The notes under the pieces were generated by a model, which did no database searches, was not told where the DNA came from, and worked only from the letters and a program-made list of their open reading frames with translations. Positions 50,217 to 61,257 of a stretch of DNA of 64,000 nt are shown here, one piece after another. The stretch covers positions 274 to 64,273 of the forward strand of contig JBFHFF010000002.1 of NCBI GenBank assembly GCA_041583775.1, read 5' to 3'. The position numbers were made by a program, and so were the translations under genes. This stretch comes from Candidatus Moraniibacteriota bacterium. Lineage in GTDB: Bacteria > Patescibacteriota > Minisyncoccia > Moranbacterales > DUUL01. Within the stretch, counting starts at the first letter, position 1. Each line of letters starts with the position of its first letter.

Positions 50217-50825
50217 ATGTCAAAATTTAAAGAGCAGCGCGTCGGAGTTCTTGTTGATATTCAAAATATGTACTACAGTGCTCGTGTTTTATATAAAAAA
50301 AAGACTGACTTTAAGAATATTTTGGAAGCGGCAGTTTCTGAAAGAAAATTGATTAGAGCAATTGGGTATGGCATTGCAACAGAAGAAAAAACTGAAGAAA
50401 AGTTTTTTGAATCACTCGAAAAACATGGTTATGAAGTAAAATCAAAAGACCTTCAAATTTTCAAAGGTGGTATGAAAAAGGGAGATTGGGATGTTGGAAT
50501 CACTATTGATGCTATTAAATTAGCAAAAAATCTTGATGTAATTGTTTTGGTTAGTGGTGATGGTGATTACATTCCACTTGTTAAATATCTGCAATATAAT
50601 TTTGGGGTAAGAGTTGAGGTTATGGCTTTTATAGAAAGTTGTTCATCTCAATTAATTGAAGAAGCTGACGATTTTACAAACCTAAGTGACGGTAATAAAT
50701 TTTTCATAAAAGGAGGAAACAGAAAAAGCTCTTCTAAGAAAATCTCTAAACAGGGAGAAAAACAAATAGTTGAGATACATCCGGAGAAAAACGCAACGAC
50801 AAAAAGAACCGCTAGAATGCTTTAG
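50217..50825 (+). CDS. NYN domain protein (LabA/DUF88)
   Basis: VDIQN, KGDWDVGITID, VSGDGDY. Confidence 0.9.
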   Translation: MSKFKEQRVGVLVDIQNMYYSARVLYKKKTDFKNILEAAVSERKLIRAIGYGIATEEKTEEKFFESLEKHGYEVKSKDLQIFKGGMKKGDWDVGITIDAIKLAKNLDVIVLVSGDGDYIPLVKYLQYNFGVRVEVMAFIESCSSQLIEEADDFTNLSDGNKFFIKGGNRKSSSKKISKQGEKQIVEIHPEKNATTKRTARML

Positions 50826-50907
50826 TTCTGTTGCCACTATTTACAAAATGAAATAAAACTGTTACATTCTTTTAGGTAGCAACTCGTTGTTATTTTTGTT
50901 TTTTCAC

Positions 50908-50994
50908 GGAGAGATGGCAGAGTGGTCGAATGCATCAGTCTTGAAAACTGAAGTACTTTCACGAGTACCGAGGGTTCGAATCCCTCTCTCTCCG
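50908..50994 (+). tRNA. tRNA-Ser(TGA)
   Basis: GGAGAGA/TCTCTCC acceptor, TCAGT-CTTGAAA-ACTGA, long variable arm, TTCGAAT. Confidence 0.95.
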
Positions 50995-51021
50995 CCGTGA
51001 ACTCTAAAAATTTGAACATTT

Positions 51022-51105
51022 GCCGGAGTGGTGAAATTGGTATACACGCCTGCCTTAGGAGCATGTGGGATAACTCCCATGGAGGTTCGAGTCCTCTCTC
51101 CGGCA
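51022..51105 (+). tRNA. tRNA-Leu(TAG)
   Basis: GCCGGAG/CTCCGGC, loop CTTAGGA, variable arm, TTCGAGT; one mismatch in the anticodon stem. Confidence 0.92.
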
Positions 51106-51110
51106 CACAC

Positions 51111-51147
51111 AAACAAAAAAACAAGGATTTTCCTTGTTTTTTTGTTT
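51111..51147 (+). terminator. Terminator after tRNA pair
   Basis: AAACAAAAAAACAAGG...CCTTGTTTTTTTGTTT. Confidence 0.75.
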
Positions 51148-51366
51148 TTTTAGCTTTTTTAAAAATACTGATTTGTTAATATTGCAGCTTCAAGTTTACA
51201 CAATTTGACTTGAATCATCATTTGTGTTATTCTATAATACTATATTTAGAGATTGTGTCTTCAAACAAGATGTCTCTCTGAAAAAGTGGTAAAACAGTTC
51301 GTTTTTCAACTTATTCTCCCCCTCCCTGTTTCTTGGGACAATCTTTTCAAACAAGGAGTTTCGAAT

Positions 51367-51897
51367 ATGAAACCTCTTCGCCTATTCGGAAAAGAAATGT
51401 TTTTAACAACAGATGGCTCGCCAAAGAAAGAGCTCGTTACTGCGATTGCTCTAAAAAAAGGCGATGTATTTTTCGTCAAACACTTCCCTGAAAATATCCA
51501 GGACTTTGCAAAAAAAGAAATGACACCAAGCGGTTGCGTCATATTAACTGTCCTTATGGACATATTAACCAGCGTGATTGGCCTAGAAAAAAACATGCAG
51601 AAATGTGACAGGATTCTCTTTATAAGAGAAGATCTCAAGGAAAGAGGCGGTAAAGGACTCGGTTTTGTAACTGGGAAAAAATGTCGAATACCTTTCGACC
51701 AACAACTCAACAAAACGGAATTTCCTTACACCTATGGAGGGGCTCAGTGTATGCTTCTCTATGAAGGTGAAGGTGTGTGGGCAACTAATATCCATGACCC
51801 TTTTGCTAAGGTTTTTAAAAAAACGAGAAAACCAGTTGCCATGCCATCCTATTTGGACATCAGAAATTTTTTTGGACAACAGTTGTCCGTGTCATAA
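51367..51897 (+). CDS. Hypothetical protein
   Basis: SD AAGGAG at 51353 before ATG 51367; own downstream hairpin. Confidence 0.6.
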   Translation: MKPLRLFGKEMFLTTDGSPKKELVTAIALKKGDVFFVKHFPENIQDFAKKEMTPSGCVILTVLMDILTSVIGLEKNMQKCDRILFIREDLKERGGKGLGFVTGKKCRIPFDQQLNKTEFPYTYGGAQCMLLYEGEGVWATNIHDPFAKVFKKTRKPVAMPSYLDIRNFFGQQLSVS

Positions 51898-51907
51898 AGC
51901 TCAACGA

Positions 51908-51957
51908 GCAACCCCACCTCGGAATAATCAATTTTATGTTCCGAGGTGTTGCCTTTT
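51908..51957 (+). terminator. Terminator-like hairpin
   Basis: CACCTCGGAAT...GTTCCGAGGTG followed by TTGCCTTTT. Confidence 0.6.
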
Positions 51958-52020
51958 AAATAATTGAAAAACTTTCCTTTTTAGGCTAGAATTAGCTTGG
52001 AAAATCATAAAATAATCCTC

Positions 52021-52962
52021 ATGCCTGCAATCAAAATTCAAGAAATCTTCACTCCCCTGCAACAATCTGGCACTCGCCTTGATAGACTTCTTGCGCAAAA
52101 TTTCACTCAAATCCCTCGGGAAACCTTCAAGAAAGAGATTCTTAAAGGAAATATTTTGGTAAATGGAAAAAAAGTCAAACCAAATTATGTAACAGAGGAA
52201 TACGACGAAATCAAAGTAGATATTTTAATTAAAGAGCTCGCCGCCACAGCACTTCCTGACTCATCAGTTGATATCAATATCGTTTATGAACATCCAGATT
52301 TTTTAATAGTCGAAAAACCTGCTGGGATTTCAGTACACCCTTCGGAGAAAGAACCTCTTGGAACCTTGGCAAATGGTCTCTTGGAGAAATTTCCAGAAAT
52401 AAAAGATGTCGGTGATAGTCCCATGCGTCCAGGAATAGTTCATAGGCTGGATAAATATACTTCAGGCTTGCTTCTTGTACCAAAAAACCAATCTGCTTTT
52501 TTATTTTTCAAAAATATTTTTAAAAATCGAGAAATTACAAAAAAATATATTGCTGTTTGTTGGGGAAATTTTGCAAATAAAGAAGGCTCTGTCGATTTGA
52601 TGGTAGGAAGATCTAAATCAAATTCATTACGACAATCCACCAGTAAATATGCTGATAAATTAGGAAATGCTAAAGAGGCAAAGACTTTGTATAAAGTTTT
52701 GCAGGAATCAAGAGACAAAAAAAAGTCGTTGATTTTGGCGACACCAAAAACAGGAAGAAAACATCAAATCAGGGTTCACCTTCATTCTATCGGGAACCCT
52801 ATTGTTGGTGATAAGATGTACCAATTAGCCGTAAATAAAGAAGGAAATAAGCCTTTTGAAAGATTCTTACTTCATGCAAGCAATCTTGAATTTACTTATT
52901 CAGATGGGAAAAAATACACCTTTACTTCCCCCGTTCCTGTTGAGTTTCTTAATAAATTTTAG
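52021..52962 (+). CDS. RluA/RluD-family pseudouridine synthase with S4 domain
   Basis: RLD, KPAG, RPGIVHRLDKYTSG, TGRKHQIRVH, PIVGD. Confidence 0.92.
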   Translation: MPAIKIQEIFTPLQQSGTRLDRLLAQNFTQIPRETFKKEILKGNILVNGKKVKPNYVTEEYDEIKVDILIKELAATALPDSSVDINIVYEHPDFLIVEKPAGISVHPSEKEPLGTLANGLLEKFPEIKDVGDSPMRPGIVHRLDKYTSGLLLVPKNQSAFLFFKNIFKNREITKKYIAVCWGNFANKEGSVDLMVGRSKSNSLRQSTSKYADKLGNAKEAKTLYKVLQESRDKKKSLILATPKTGRKHQIRVHLHSIGNPIVGDKMYQLAVNKEGNKPFERFLLHASNLEFTYSDGKKYTFTSPVPVEFLNKF

Positions 52963-53055
52963 CTTCAGCCTTGGGTCCTTGACCAAATTAAAAAAATAGG
53001 CTATCTTTGATAAAGCTTTTAAGAAAGCTTTTTTAAGACTTTATAACCTTTCGAT

Positions 53056-53472
53056 ATGGATCAGAAAGTTATCGATTTCAACAAATCACAAAGAACAAAG
53101 GAATTACCAAATTTAAAAGTTGGTGATATTGTTCGTGTTCACAAAAAAATTAAAGAGGGGGAAAAAGAAAGAGTTCAGATTTTCAAAGGACTTATTATTG
53201 CTATAAAAGGAAAACAAAGTTCTTCTCCAACAATCACAGTTCGAAGAGAATCACAAAAAATTGGTGTTGAAGTGACCTTCCCAATTTACATGCCTACTGT
53301 AGTAAAAATTGAAGTTCTTCGACACAGTAAAGTTAGACGCTCAAAAATCTATTATATGCGAGAATTGTCTGGTAAGGCAGCAAAAATGAAAGCTATTGAT
53401 GTTACCAAAGAAGAACAGGCTGTAATGGATGCTATGGATAAAAAACCAGAAAAAGCAAAGGAATCTAAATAA
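53056..53472 (+). CDS. rplS: 50S ribosomal protein L19
   Basis: GDIVRVH.KIKEGEKERVQIF, KVRRSKIYYMR. Confidence 0.96.
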   Translation: MDQKVIDFNKSQRTKELPNLKVGDIVRVHKKIKEGEKERVQIFKGLIIAIKGKQSSSPTITVRRESQKIGVEVTFPIYMPTVVKIEVLRHSKVRRSKIYYMRELSGKAAKMKAIDVTKEEQAVMDAMDKKPEKAKESK

Positions 53473-53542
53473 TTTCATTGTCTTGTTTGAACATTTAAAA
53501 ATAAGGTTTCTATATTTTATTCCTCCGCTCAGATGGCGGAAT

Positions 53543-53593
53543 CATATCTTCCTAAACCACTAATACTCAAAAGGTGTGGTTTAGAAAGATATG
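53543..53593. repeat. 18-bp inverted repeat immediately 5' of tRNA-Leu
   Basis: CATATCTTCCTAAACCAC-N15-GTGGTTTAGAAAGATATG, 17/18 paired. Confidence 0.75.
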
Positions 53594-53597
53594 CACC

Positions 53598-53681
53598 GCC
53601 CCGATGGTGGAATTGGTATACACACACGGTTGAGGGCCGTGGCGCCTTGTGCGCATGAGAGTTCAAGTCTCTCTCGGGGCA
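53598..53681 (+). tRNA. tRNA-Leu(GAG)
   Basis: GCCCCGA/TCGGGGC, CACGG-TTGAGGG-CCGTG, variable arm, TTCAAGT. Confidence 0.95.
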
Positions 53682-53737
53682 CACTCTTTTCTTTTTTTGA
53701 AAATAGTGCTATAAAAATATAGTAAACTTATTACAAA

Positions 53738-53811
53738 GGATGCTTAGCTCAGTTGGTTAGAGCACCTCGTTTACACCGAGGGGGTCAGGAGTTCGAATCT
53801 CTTAGCATCCA
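53738..53811 (+). tRNA. tRNA-Val(TAC)
   Basis: GGATGCT/AGCATCC, CCTCG-TTTACAC-CGAGG, TTCGAAT. Confidence 0.95.
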
Positions 53812-53816
53812 CATTA

Positions 53817-53848
53817 AACTAAAAACAGCCTTTTGGCTGTTTTTAGTT
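53817..53848. terminator. Bidirectional terminator
   Basis: AACTAAAAACAGCC-TTTT-GGCTGTTTTTAGTT. Confidence 0.85.
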
Positions 53849-53892
53849 ATCTAATTGATAAATTTTTCAAATTTCACTATTTGATTATCTTA

Positions 53893-55320
53893 TTACTCCT
53901 CTTCTACTTCTACCTTTCTCCTCATCTCCATATGCCTCTCTTGTAAAATATCCAAAAGCTTGCTTTCATCTACCAAGCGATGTTTTCGAGAGATTATTAC
54001 AAATTTTCCAGCGATCATAAGATCTCTTGCCACTCGCCCACTATGAGTGATGAGATTCCCTAATAATGTAAAAGGATTCGTTTGATCAAAGGGCACAAAA
54101 CCACGATCTTTTAATTTCCAAAAAACTAAATCAGCTTTATAGCCAGGCAAAATTCTCCCATGCTTAGGCATATCCAAAATTTTAGCACCATTGATTGTCA
54201 TCATTTTAAATAATGAGCCAAATTTAATTGTTTTCAAATAAAGATGTGTGGTTCTCGCTCGATATGCTTCTGTTAAAATATCTAGGCGACTCTTCGAAAC
54301 AACACTATCCGTTCCAAGTGCTATGTTTCTAAATCCACCAGCATCATGATATTTCCAATAAGGAAACACTCCACTTTTATGGATTCTGTTTGAAGTTGGT
54401 AAGTGAACAACACCCACTCCCGTTTTAGCAATGCGAACGATTTCTTCATCGCGTAAATGAATTGCGTGTGAAACAATGGTATTTTTATTCAAAAGTCCAT
54501 ATGTCTCCAAAACATCAACTTCTCGCATCTTGTGATTTTTTAGCGTCTCCTCAATAACTTTCTCACTTTCTGACATATGACAAGTGAAAAGCAAGTTGTG
54601 CTTATCTATTAGAATTTTAACTTTTTTCAGAACATCTGGACTTGCCTTATACAGATAGTGTACAGCCATTGCTAAACGCGAATGTGAATTTTTTTCTTCT
54701 TTTAATATTTTTTCAATTAAAGCTGGCGAATTTTCTGGAGAAACATGAGAGGCAACACTAATTCCGTTTATTATATTCTGAGTTGTTACTTTTGCAGCAA
54801 TTTCAATCGCATCAAAGGAATTATAATGGCTAACGGTTGTCGTTACTCCAAATTTTTGTTGCTCTGTGATATCGCCGATTGCGCTTAGCGCCAAATCGTT
54901 TTTTGTCATTTTTGATTCCCATTTTGGTAATTTAGCCAGTGTCTCATCAATGTTATCGCCCTCATCTAGATCCATAGAGCTTCGCAAAAGGTACATTGGG
55001 GGATGAGCATGTGCATTGATAAATCCAGGGGTTATCACAGTTCCACCTCTTTTTCCGGCATCATATACCAAATCAAAATCATTTGGATCAAATTCATCCA
55101 CTGATTTCACTTCCTGAATAATGTCTCCCTTAATAACAATGGAATGGTTTTTAAAATATCTTAGTTTATCATTCTCATCGCAAGTGAAAAAATAAGGAAT
55201 GTTATGAATCAAGATTGTTTCATAATTATCTTTATTGACAGTATACCTGCCATGCTCATCATTTTCAGCTTTTGTGAGTTTTTTGTTTTTCTTTTTTATT
55301 TTTGAAAAAATTTCCATCAT
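53893..55320 (-). CDS. Amidohydrolase, purine/MTA-SAH deaminase-like
   Basis: PGFINAHAH, HMSE, SHAIH, LGTD, GYKADLV. Confidence 0.85.
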   Translation of the reverse strand: MMEIFSKIKKKNKKLTKAENDEHGRYTVNKDNYETILIHNIPYFFTCDENDKLRYFKNHSIVIKGDIIQEVKSVDEFDPNDFDLVYDAGKRGGTVITPGFINAHAHPPMYLLRSSMDLDEGDNIDETLAKLPKWESKMTKNDLALSAIGDITEQQKFGVTTTVSHYNSFDAIEIAAKVTTQNIINGISVASHVSPENSPALIEKILKEEKNSHSRLAMAVHYLYKASPDVLKKVKILIDKHNLLFTCHMSESEKVIEETLKNHKMREVDVLETYGLLNKNTIVSHAIHLRDEEIVRIAKTGVGVVHLPTSNRIHKSGVFPYWKYHDAGGFRNIALGTDSVVSKSRLDILTEAYRARTTHLYLKTIKFGSLFKMMTINGAKILDMPKHGRILPGYKADLVFWKLKDRGFVPFDQTNPFTLLGNLITHSGRVARDLMIAGKFVIISRKHRLVDESKLLDILQERHMEMRRKVEVEEE

Positions 55321-55402
55321 AGGTTTGTTATTTTAAAATTCAATACTCTAAATTAATTTATGTGTAAATTTTTCACAAAAGCAGTTATAAATTTACCAAT
55401 TC

Positions 55403-57226
55403 TTACTCCCACTCAGTTGTTCCTGGTGGTTTGTTTGTTATATCAAAAAAGATATGTCCGACTTCATTCAATTTGCTGATTTTTTCAACTATTTCATCTA
55501 AAATATTTTGTCCCATTTGATAAAAATGTAGTGTCATAAAATCTCTAGTATTAATTGGTCTAAGTACAATAGACTCTTTTCCGTATCCGTCAAAAATAGG
55601 AATTAAAACAACAGGGAATTGATCGATATCTGAATATATACTCCTATCTCTCATTATATTTGAGATAATTCCATCAACCCTTCTTAGTAAATCTATTCTT
55701 TCTTTTGACAAATCAAGAGATTTTTGTGGTAAAATAAATTTTAGCTCTTGTTTTTCTTTTTTATTTAGAAGCAACACTACCCTGTTTATTTCCTTATGCG
55801 CGTTTGTAATGATTGATGAAATTTCATTCAATTTTCCCCAATCTGTTTCTCCCCAAATAGCTAAAGGATGTGCATATGTTCTGTTGTCTCCTTGAACACC
55901 AACCGATTTAACTGGTAATGTTTTTGAAAAAATTTCGAATTCTTTCTTTTTACAAAAATCTCCAATTTTTTTATCAACCTCCTGAAAATCACTTTTCTCT
56001 TTTTTATTTTCATCAAAACACAAACATCTAATCGCTAATCCTGGTCCTGGGAAAGGGTGCCTGTCAATAAGCTCTGTTGGCAAATTTAATAACCTGCCGA
56101 CTTTCCTAACTTCATCTTTATATAAATCAACAATGGGCTCAATGATAAGACCCTTCTTGATCATCTCTGTTATAGCGTCGACTCTATTGTGATGAGTTTT
56201 AATTGTATTTGAATTTTTTGTCCCTCCAGATTCAATAGTGTCTGGATAAATAGTTCCTTGGCCCAAAAGCCATTGATTTAAATCCAGTCCCATTTTCTCA
56301 GCTGCCATATCTTTAGCGTCTAAAAATGTTTTACCTATTATTGCTCTTTTCTCTTCTGGCTCATAAATTCCTTGTAATCTACGGAAAAACATTTCACTTG
56401 CATCCATAATTTCCAAATTAGAAAAACCCGTTCGCTTAAAACGCTCCATTATTTTTTTAGATTCATCCTCTCTCATAAATCCCGTATCAATATATAAACC
56501 CTTCACTCTTTCTTCACCTAAAGCTTTTGTTAAGAGTGCAAAAGCGACATTTGAATCAACTCCTCCGCTAACTAAAATAAAGACCTTTTTTTTCCCAACT
56601 TGTTTTTGAATTTTCTCAATTAATTCTTTTGTTATATCCTCTATCTTCCAATCTTTTTTCGCCCCACAGATACCAATCACAAAATTTTCAATCATTTTTT
56701 CACCTTCCTTTGAATGTGCGACTTCTGGATGAAATTGGAAACCAAAAATCTTTTTTTGATCATTTGCCATCGCTGTAATAGCACAATCATCTGTCCTTCC
56801 AATTATTTTAAAGTCCTTAGGGACCTCTACCACCAAATCTCCGTGACTCATCCAAACTTGTGAATCATTCGAAATATTTTCAAAAATTTCACTTTTACCT
56901 AAAATGTTTAGTCTTGCTAATCCATATTCCCCAATAGCTCCAGTGTCCACTTTTCCGCCAAATTCATGCGCCAAAAATTGATGACCGTAACAAACTCCCA
57001 AAATTGGAAGTCCCATTTGTAAAATTTCCTTTTTAGGTCGCAAACTTTTTTCATCATAAACCGATTGTGGTCCACCAGAAAAAATAATACCTATGATATT
57101 TTCTCCCAACTCATCAACTGAAACATCGTTTTGATATATTTTTGCCAACACCCCCAATTCACGAATATTTCTCGCAATAAGATGAGTATATTGAGATCCA
57201 AAATCTAAAATTGCTATGTGTTTCAT
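55403..57226 (-). CDS. guaA: GMP synthase (glutamine-hydrolysing), long form
   Basis: LDFGSQY, GVCYG, FHPEV, SGGVDS, HPFPGPG, KPPGTTEWE. Confidence 0.96.
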   Translation of the reverse strand: MKHIAILDFGSQYTHLIARNIRELGVLAKIYQNDVSVDELGENIIGIIFSGGPQSVYDEKSLRPKKEILQMGLPILGVCYGHQFLAHEFGGKVDTGAIGEYGLARLNILGKSEIFENISNDSQVWMSHGDLVVEVPKDFKIIGRTDDCAITAMANDQKKIFGFQFHPEVAHSKEGEKMIENFVIGICGAKKDWKIEDITKELIEKIQKQVGKKKVFILVSGGVDSNVAFALLTKALGEERVKGLYIDTGFMREDESKKIMERFKRTGFSNLEIMDASEMFFRRLQGIYEPEEKRAIIGKTFLDAKDMAAEKMGLDLNQWLLGQGTIYPDTIESGGTKNSNTIKTHHNRVDAITEMIKKGLIIEPIVDLYKDEVRKVGRLLNLPTELIDRHPFPGPGLAIRCLCFDENKKEKSDFQEVDKKIGDFCKKKEFEIFSKTLPVKSVGVQGDNRTYAHPLAIWGETDWGKLNEISSIITNAHKEINRVVLLLNKKEKQELKFILPQKSLDLSKERIDLLRRVDGIISNIMRDRSIYSDIDQFPVVLIPIFDGYGKESIVLRPINTRDFMTLHFYQMGQNILDEIVEKISKLNEVGHIFFDITNKPPGTTEWE

Positions 57227-57288
57227 ATTATTTTTCCGTTGATAAAAAATTAAATCTCAAGTATAATTCAGATTATATTCCATTATAG

Positions 57289-58821
<1,533 letters not shown>

Positions 58822-58836
58822 AAGCTTTTTATAAAT

Positions 58837-58876
58837 AATAAAATCCAGAGAACAAAGTTGTTCTCTGGATTTTATT
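58837..58876. terminator. Terminator after guaB
   Basis: AATAAAATCCAGAGAACAA-AG-TTGTTCTCTGGATTTTATT. Confidence 0.85.
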
Positions 58877-59047
58877 TATACAATAAATGAAACTACTTAA
58901 ATAAGAATTCCTTTCAAAGCCTAATTAAACCCTTCTTTTTACTTTTTTTCTAGTTGATAAAGTTAATCCTTAATTTAATTAAAATAAAAAATAATTTATC
59001 AATAAGAAAATGCCTTTTTACTCATACTAGTTTTTCCCCTGTTCCTT

Positions 59048-60022
59048 CTAGAAAAGATTGAACATTTTTCCAATATGGAAAGCATAGAAAAGCAAAAGAA
59101 AATACCCCTCCCATTGAGTAACCTCTTTGTCTTGGGTTACAAACAAAACAATGAGCGTCACAATTATCATAAGAGGCAAACCAAATGTGATAACACTAGA
59201 TGGTATTATCAAAACACCGAAAAGACCTGCAACACCCATCACTCCGAGTGAATTAAAAATATTAGAACCCAACACATTTCCAACGGCAATCTCGGCCTTC
59301 CCCTTTTTCGCAGCACTTAAACTCACAGCAAGTTCTGGCAAAGAAGTACCAAGCGCAATCACTGAAGCGGCAATAATATCCGTTCCTATTTTCAAAAACT
59401 CAGAAATCTTAACAGCTGAATCAATCGTATATTTAGCACTGAAAAAAATGAAAATACTACTGATAAAAAGCACAAAGAAGTCTTTTTTTGGCAACCTCTT
59501 TGTCCAATGCAATTCTTTTTTGAGATATCTCTCCAAATCTTTACCATCTTTTTTCGATTTTTTTGTACCATTCTCAGACATAGCAATTCTAATAAAATAA
59601 ATTGCGACACCTACTAAACACAAAATTGCTTCCCAAAAAGTAAACCTTCCGTCATAAATAGTAATTCCTAAAATAAAAGCCGAACTTATTAATAGAGGTA
59701 AATCTACATTAATAATTTCATAATCTAATTTCATTTTTTTTCCGACAACTGCAGCCAACCCCAAAACTAAACAAATATTTGTTATATTAGATCCCACAAC
59801 ATTTCCTGAAACTATTTCTGAAGCGCCACTTATAACTGCAAAAAAGGAAGATATAAGCTCGGGCAAAGAAGTTCCTAGTGCCACAATAGTAACACCAATT
59901 AAAAAAGGTTTTAATTTGAAAAATAAACCAATTTCTTCAGCAGCATCAGTAAAAAGATCCGATGCTTTTATTAAAACAAATAAACTCACAAAAAAAATCA
60001 CACCCCAAATTAAAGTTCCCAT
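59048..60022 (-). CDS. Calcium/sodium antiporter (YrbG family)
   Basis: Two ALGTSLPEL...GNV.GSNI alpha repeats. Confidence 0.92.
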   Translation of the reverse strand: MGTLIWGVIFFVSLFVLIKASDLFTDAAEEIGLFFKLKPFLIGVTIVALGTSLPELISSFFAVISGASEIVSGNVVGSNITNICLVLGLAAVVGKKMKLDYEIINVDLPLLISSAFILGITIYDGRFTFWEAILCLVGVAIYFIRIAMSENGTKKSKKDGKDLERYLKKELHWTKRLPKKDFFVLFISSIFIFFSAKYTIDSAVKISEFLKIGTDIIAASVIALGTSLPELAVSLSAAKKGKAEIAVGNVLGSNIFNSLGVMGVAGLFGVLIIPSSVITFGLPLMIIVTLIVLFVTQDKEVTQWEGYFLLLFYAFHIGKMFNLF

Positions 60023-60042
60023 ATTCTATTTTTTTAAATTTT

Positions 60043-61083
60043 TTATTCACTATATATTGGACTTTTTTTTCTCACAACAGCAGCAAGGGTAATCGGCCCC
60101 TCTTCGCGAATAGCCTCCTCATCTTCAGTTTCATTTTTATTTCCCCCAATTTCGCCTACCCACCAAATCCATATATCTTGAATCCACAAAGAAAAAATTG
60201 CTTTTGCAAAAAGAAAAATGATAATTAAAAAAACCATCAAAAAAGAACTAAACACAGACCATTCCAAAAATGAACTCACATAGAGATCAAGCCACATACT
60301 GACAATCTTATCCCAAAATGGAGCAATTGCCATTATAATTAACAAAAAAACTGTACCTTGTAAAATTCCAATCAAGAAAAAAATACAAAACAATTTAAAA
60401 ACTTCCAATAAGTTTCTAGCGATTAGTCTACCAGAAAGTACAAGTGAGTCAAAAACTCCAACATTAGCCAAAACTATATAAATAGTTGATATCTGCAATA
60501 TATAATTCATGAAAACCACAAAAAAGAAAAAGAAAAGTAAAAGGGTGATAAACAAGAAAATTGCACCAGCCTGATTCCCCATCAAAATCATTATTGCAAC
60601 AGGAATAAGCAAAACCAAGAAAACAATCAAAATTAACATTCCTACAAAAAAATCTAGTAATAAAATGTTTTTAAAATCCTTTTTTCCGTTACGCCAAACT
60701 ACTCTACAAGTTAACTTTTTTTTATTTTTAGCGTTTTGCAAACAAGCCAATGACTGAATGACACCAGAGCGAGAAACAATGGAAATACACCAAATAAAAA
60801 TACATAGAATAAAAAAAAGAAGAAGAAAAAGGGAAATGTAATTAAAATTATTTTCAATAAAATTCTGCCAATCAATGGCTTTTCTTGAATTTAATTTTGC
60901 AAATTGTTCATCAACATTAAAACCAACACCAAGAGAACCCGGCAAAAACATTCCCCAAAACCATAAAAATTTATTTGCCCAAACTCTACGAAAACTGCTC
61001 TTAAATTTTTTATAATATTCGTCAAGACTGGGTTGTTTAGGATCTGGCATTAAATCCTCAAAGACTTCATTACTTCTCTCCAT
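60043..61083 (-). CDS. Multi-pass membrane protein
   Basis: Multiple TMs, W.NKFLWFWG motif; start could be GTG at 61119. Confidence 0.7.
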   Translation of the reverse strand: MERSNEVFEDLMPDPKQPSLDEYYKKFKSSFRRVWANKFLWFWGMFLPGSLGVGFNVDEQFAKLNSRKAIDWQNFIENNFNYISLFLLLFFILCIFIWCISIVSRSGVIQSLACLQNAKNKKKLTCRVVWRNGKKDFKNILLLDFFVGMLILIVFLVLLIPVAIMILMGNQAGAIFLFITLLLFFFFFVVFMNYILQISTIYIVLANVGVFDSLVLSGRLIARNLLEVFKLFCIFFLIGILQGTVFLLIIMAIAPFWDKIVSMWLDLYVSSFLEWSVFSSFLMVFLIIIFLFAKAIFSLWIQDIWIWWVGEIGGNKNETEDEEAIREEGPITLAAVVRKKSPIYSE

Positions 61084-61257
61084 TTTTATTTTTATTCTTA
61101 CTTCTCTATTTATAAACACTTTATTTTATTTATTATACTACATCTCTACTTATAAATAAACTTTATACCTTCCCCCTCTTTTAAAAATGTTTATTGCAAA
61201 CTAACATAGACTAAAGTATTATGAGAAAAGAAAATTAATTTTTTACTTTTTTGAAAT

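Noticed and set aside
50837-51179. Three short ORFs in the track
   Set aside because: They overlap tRNA-Ser and tRNA-Leu and are spurious
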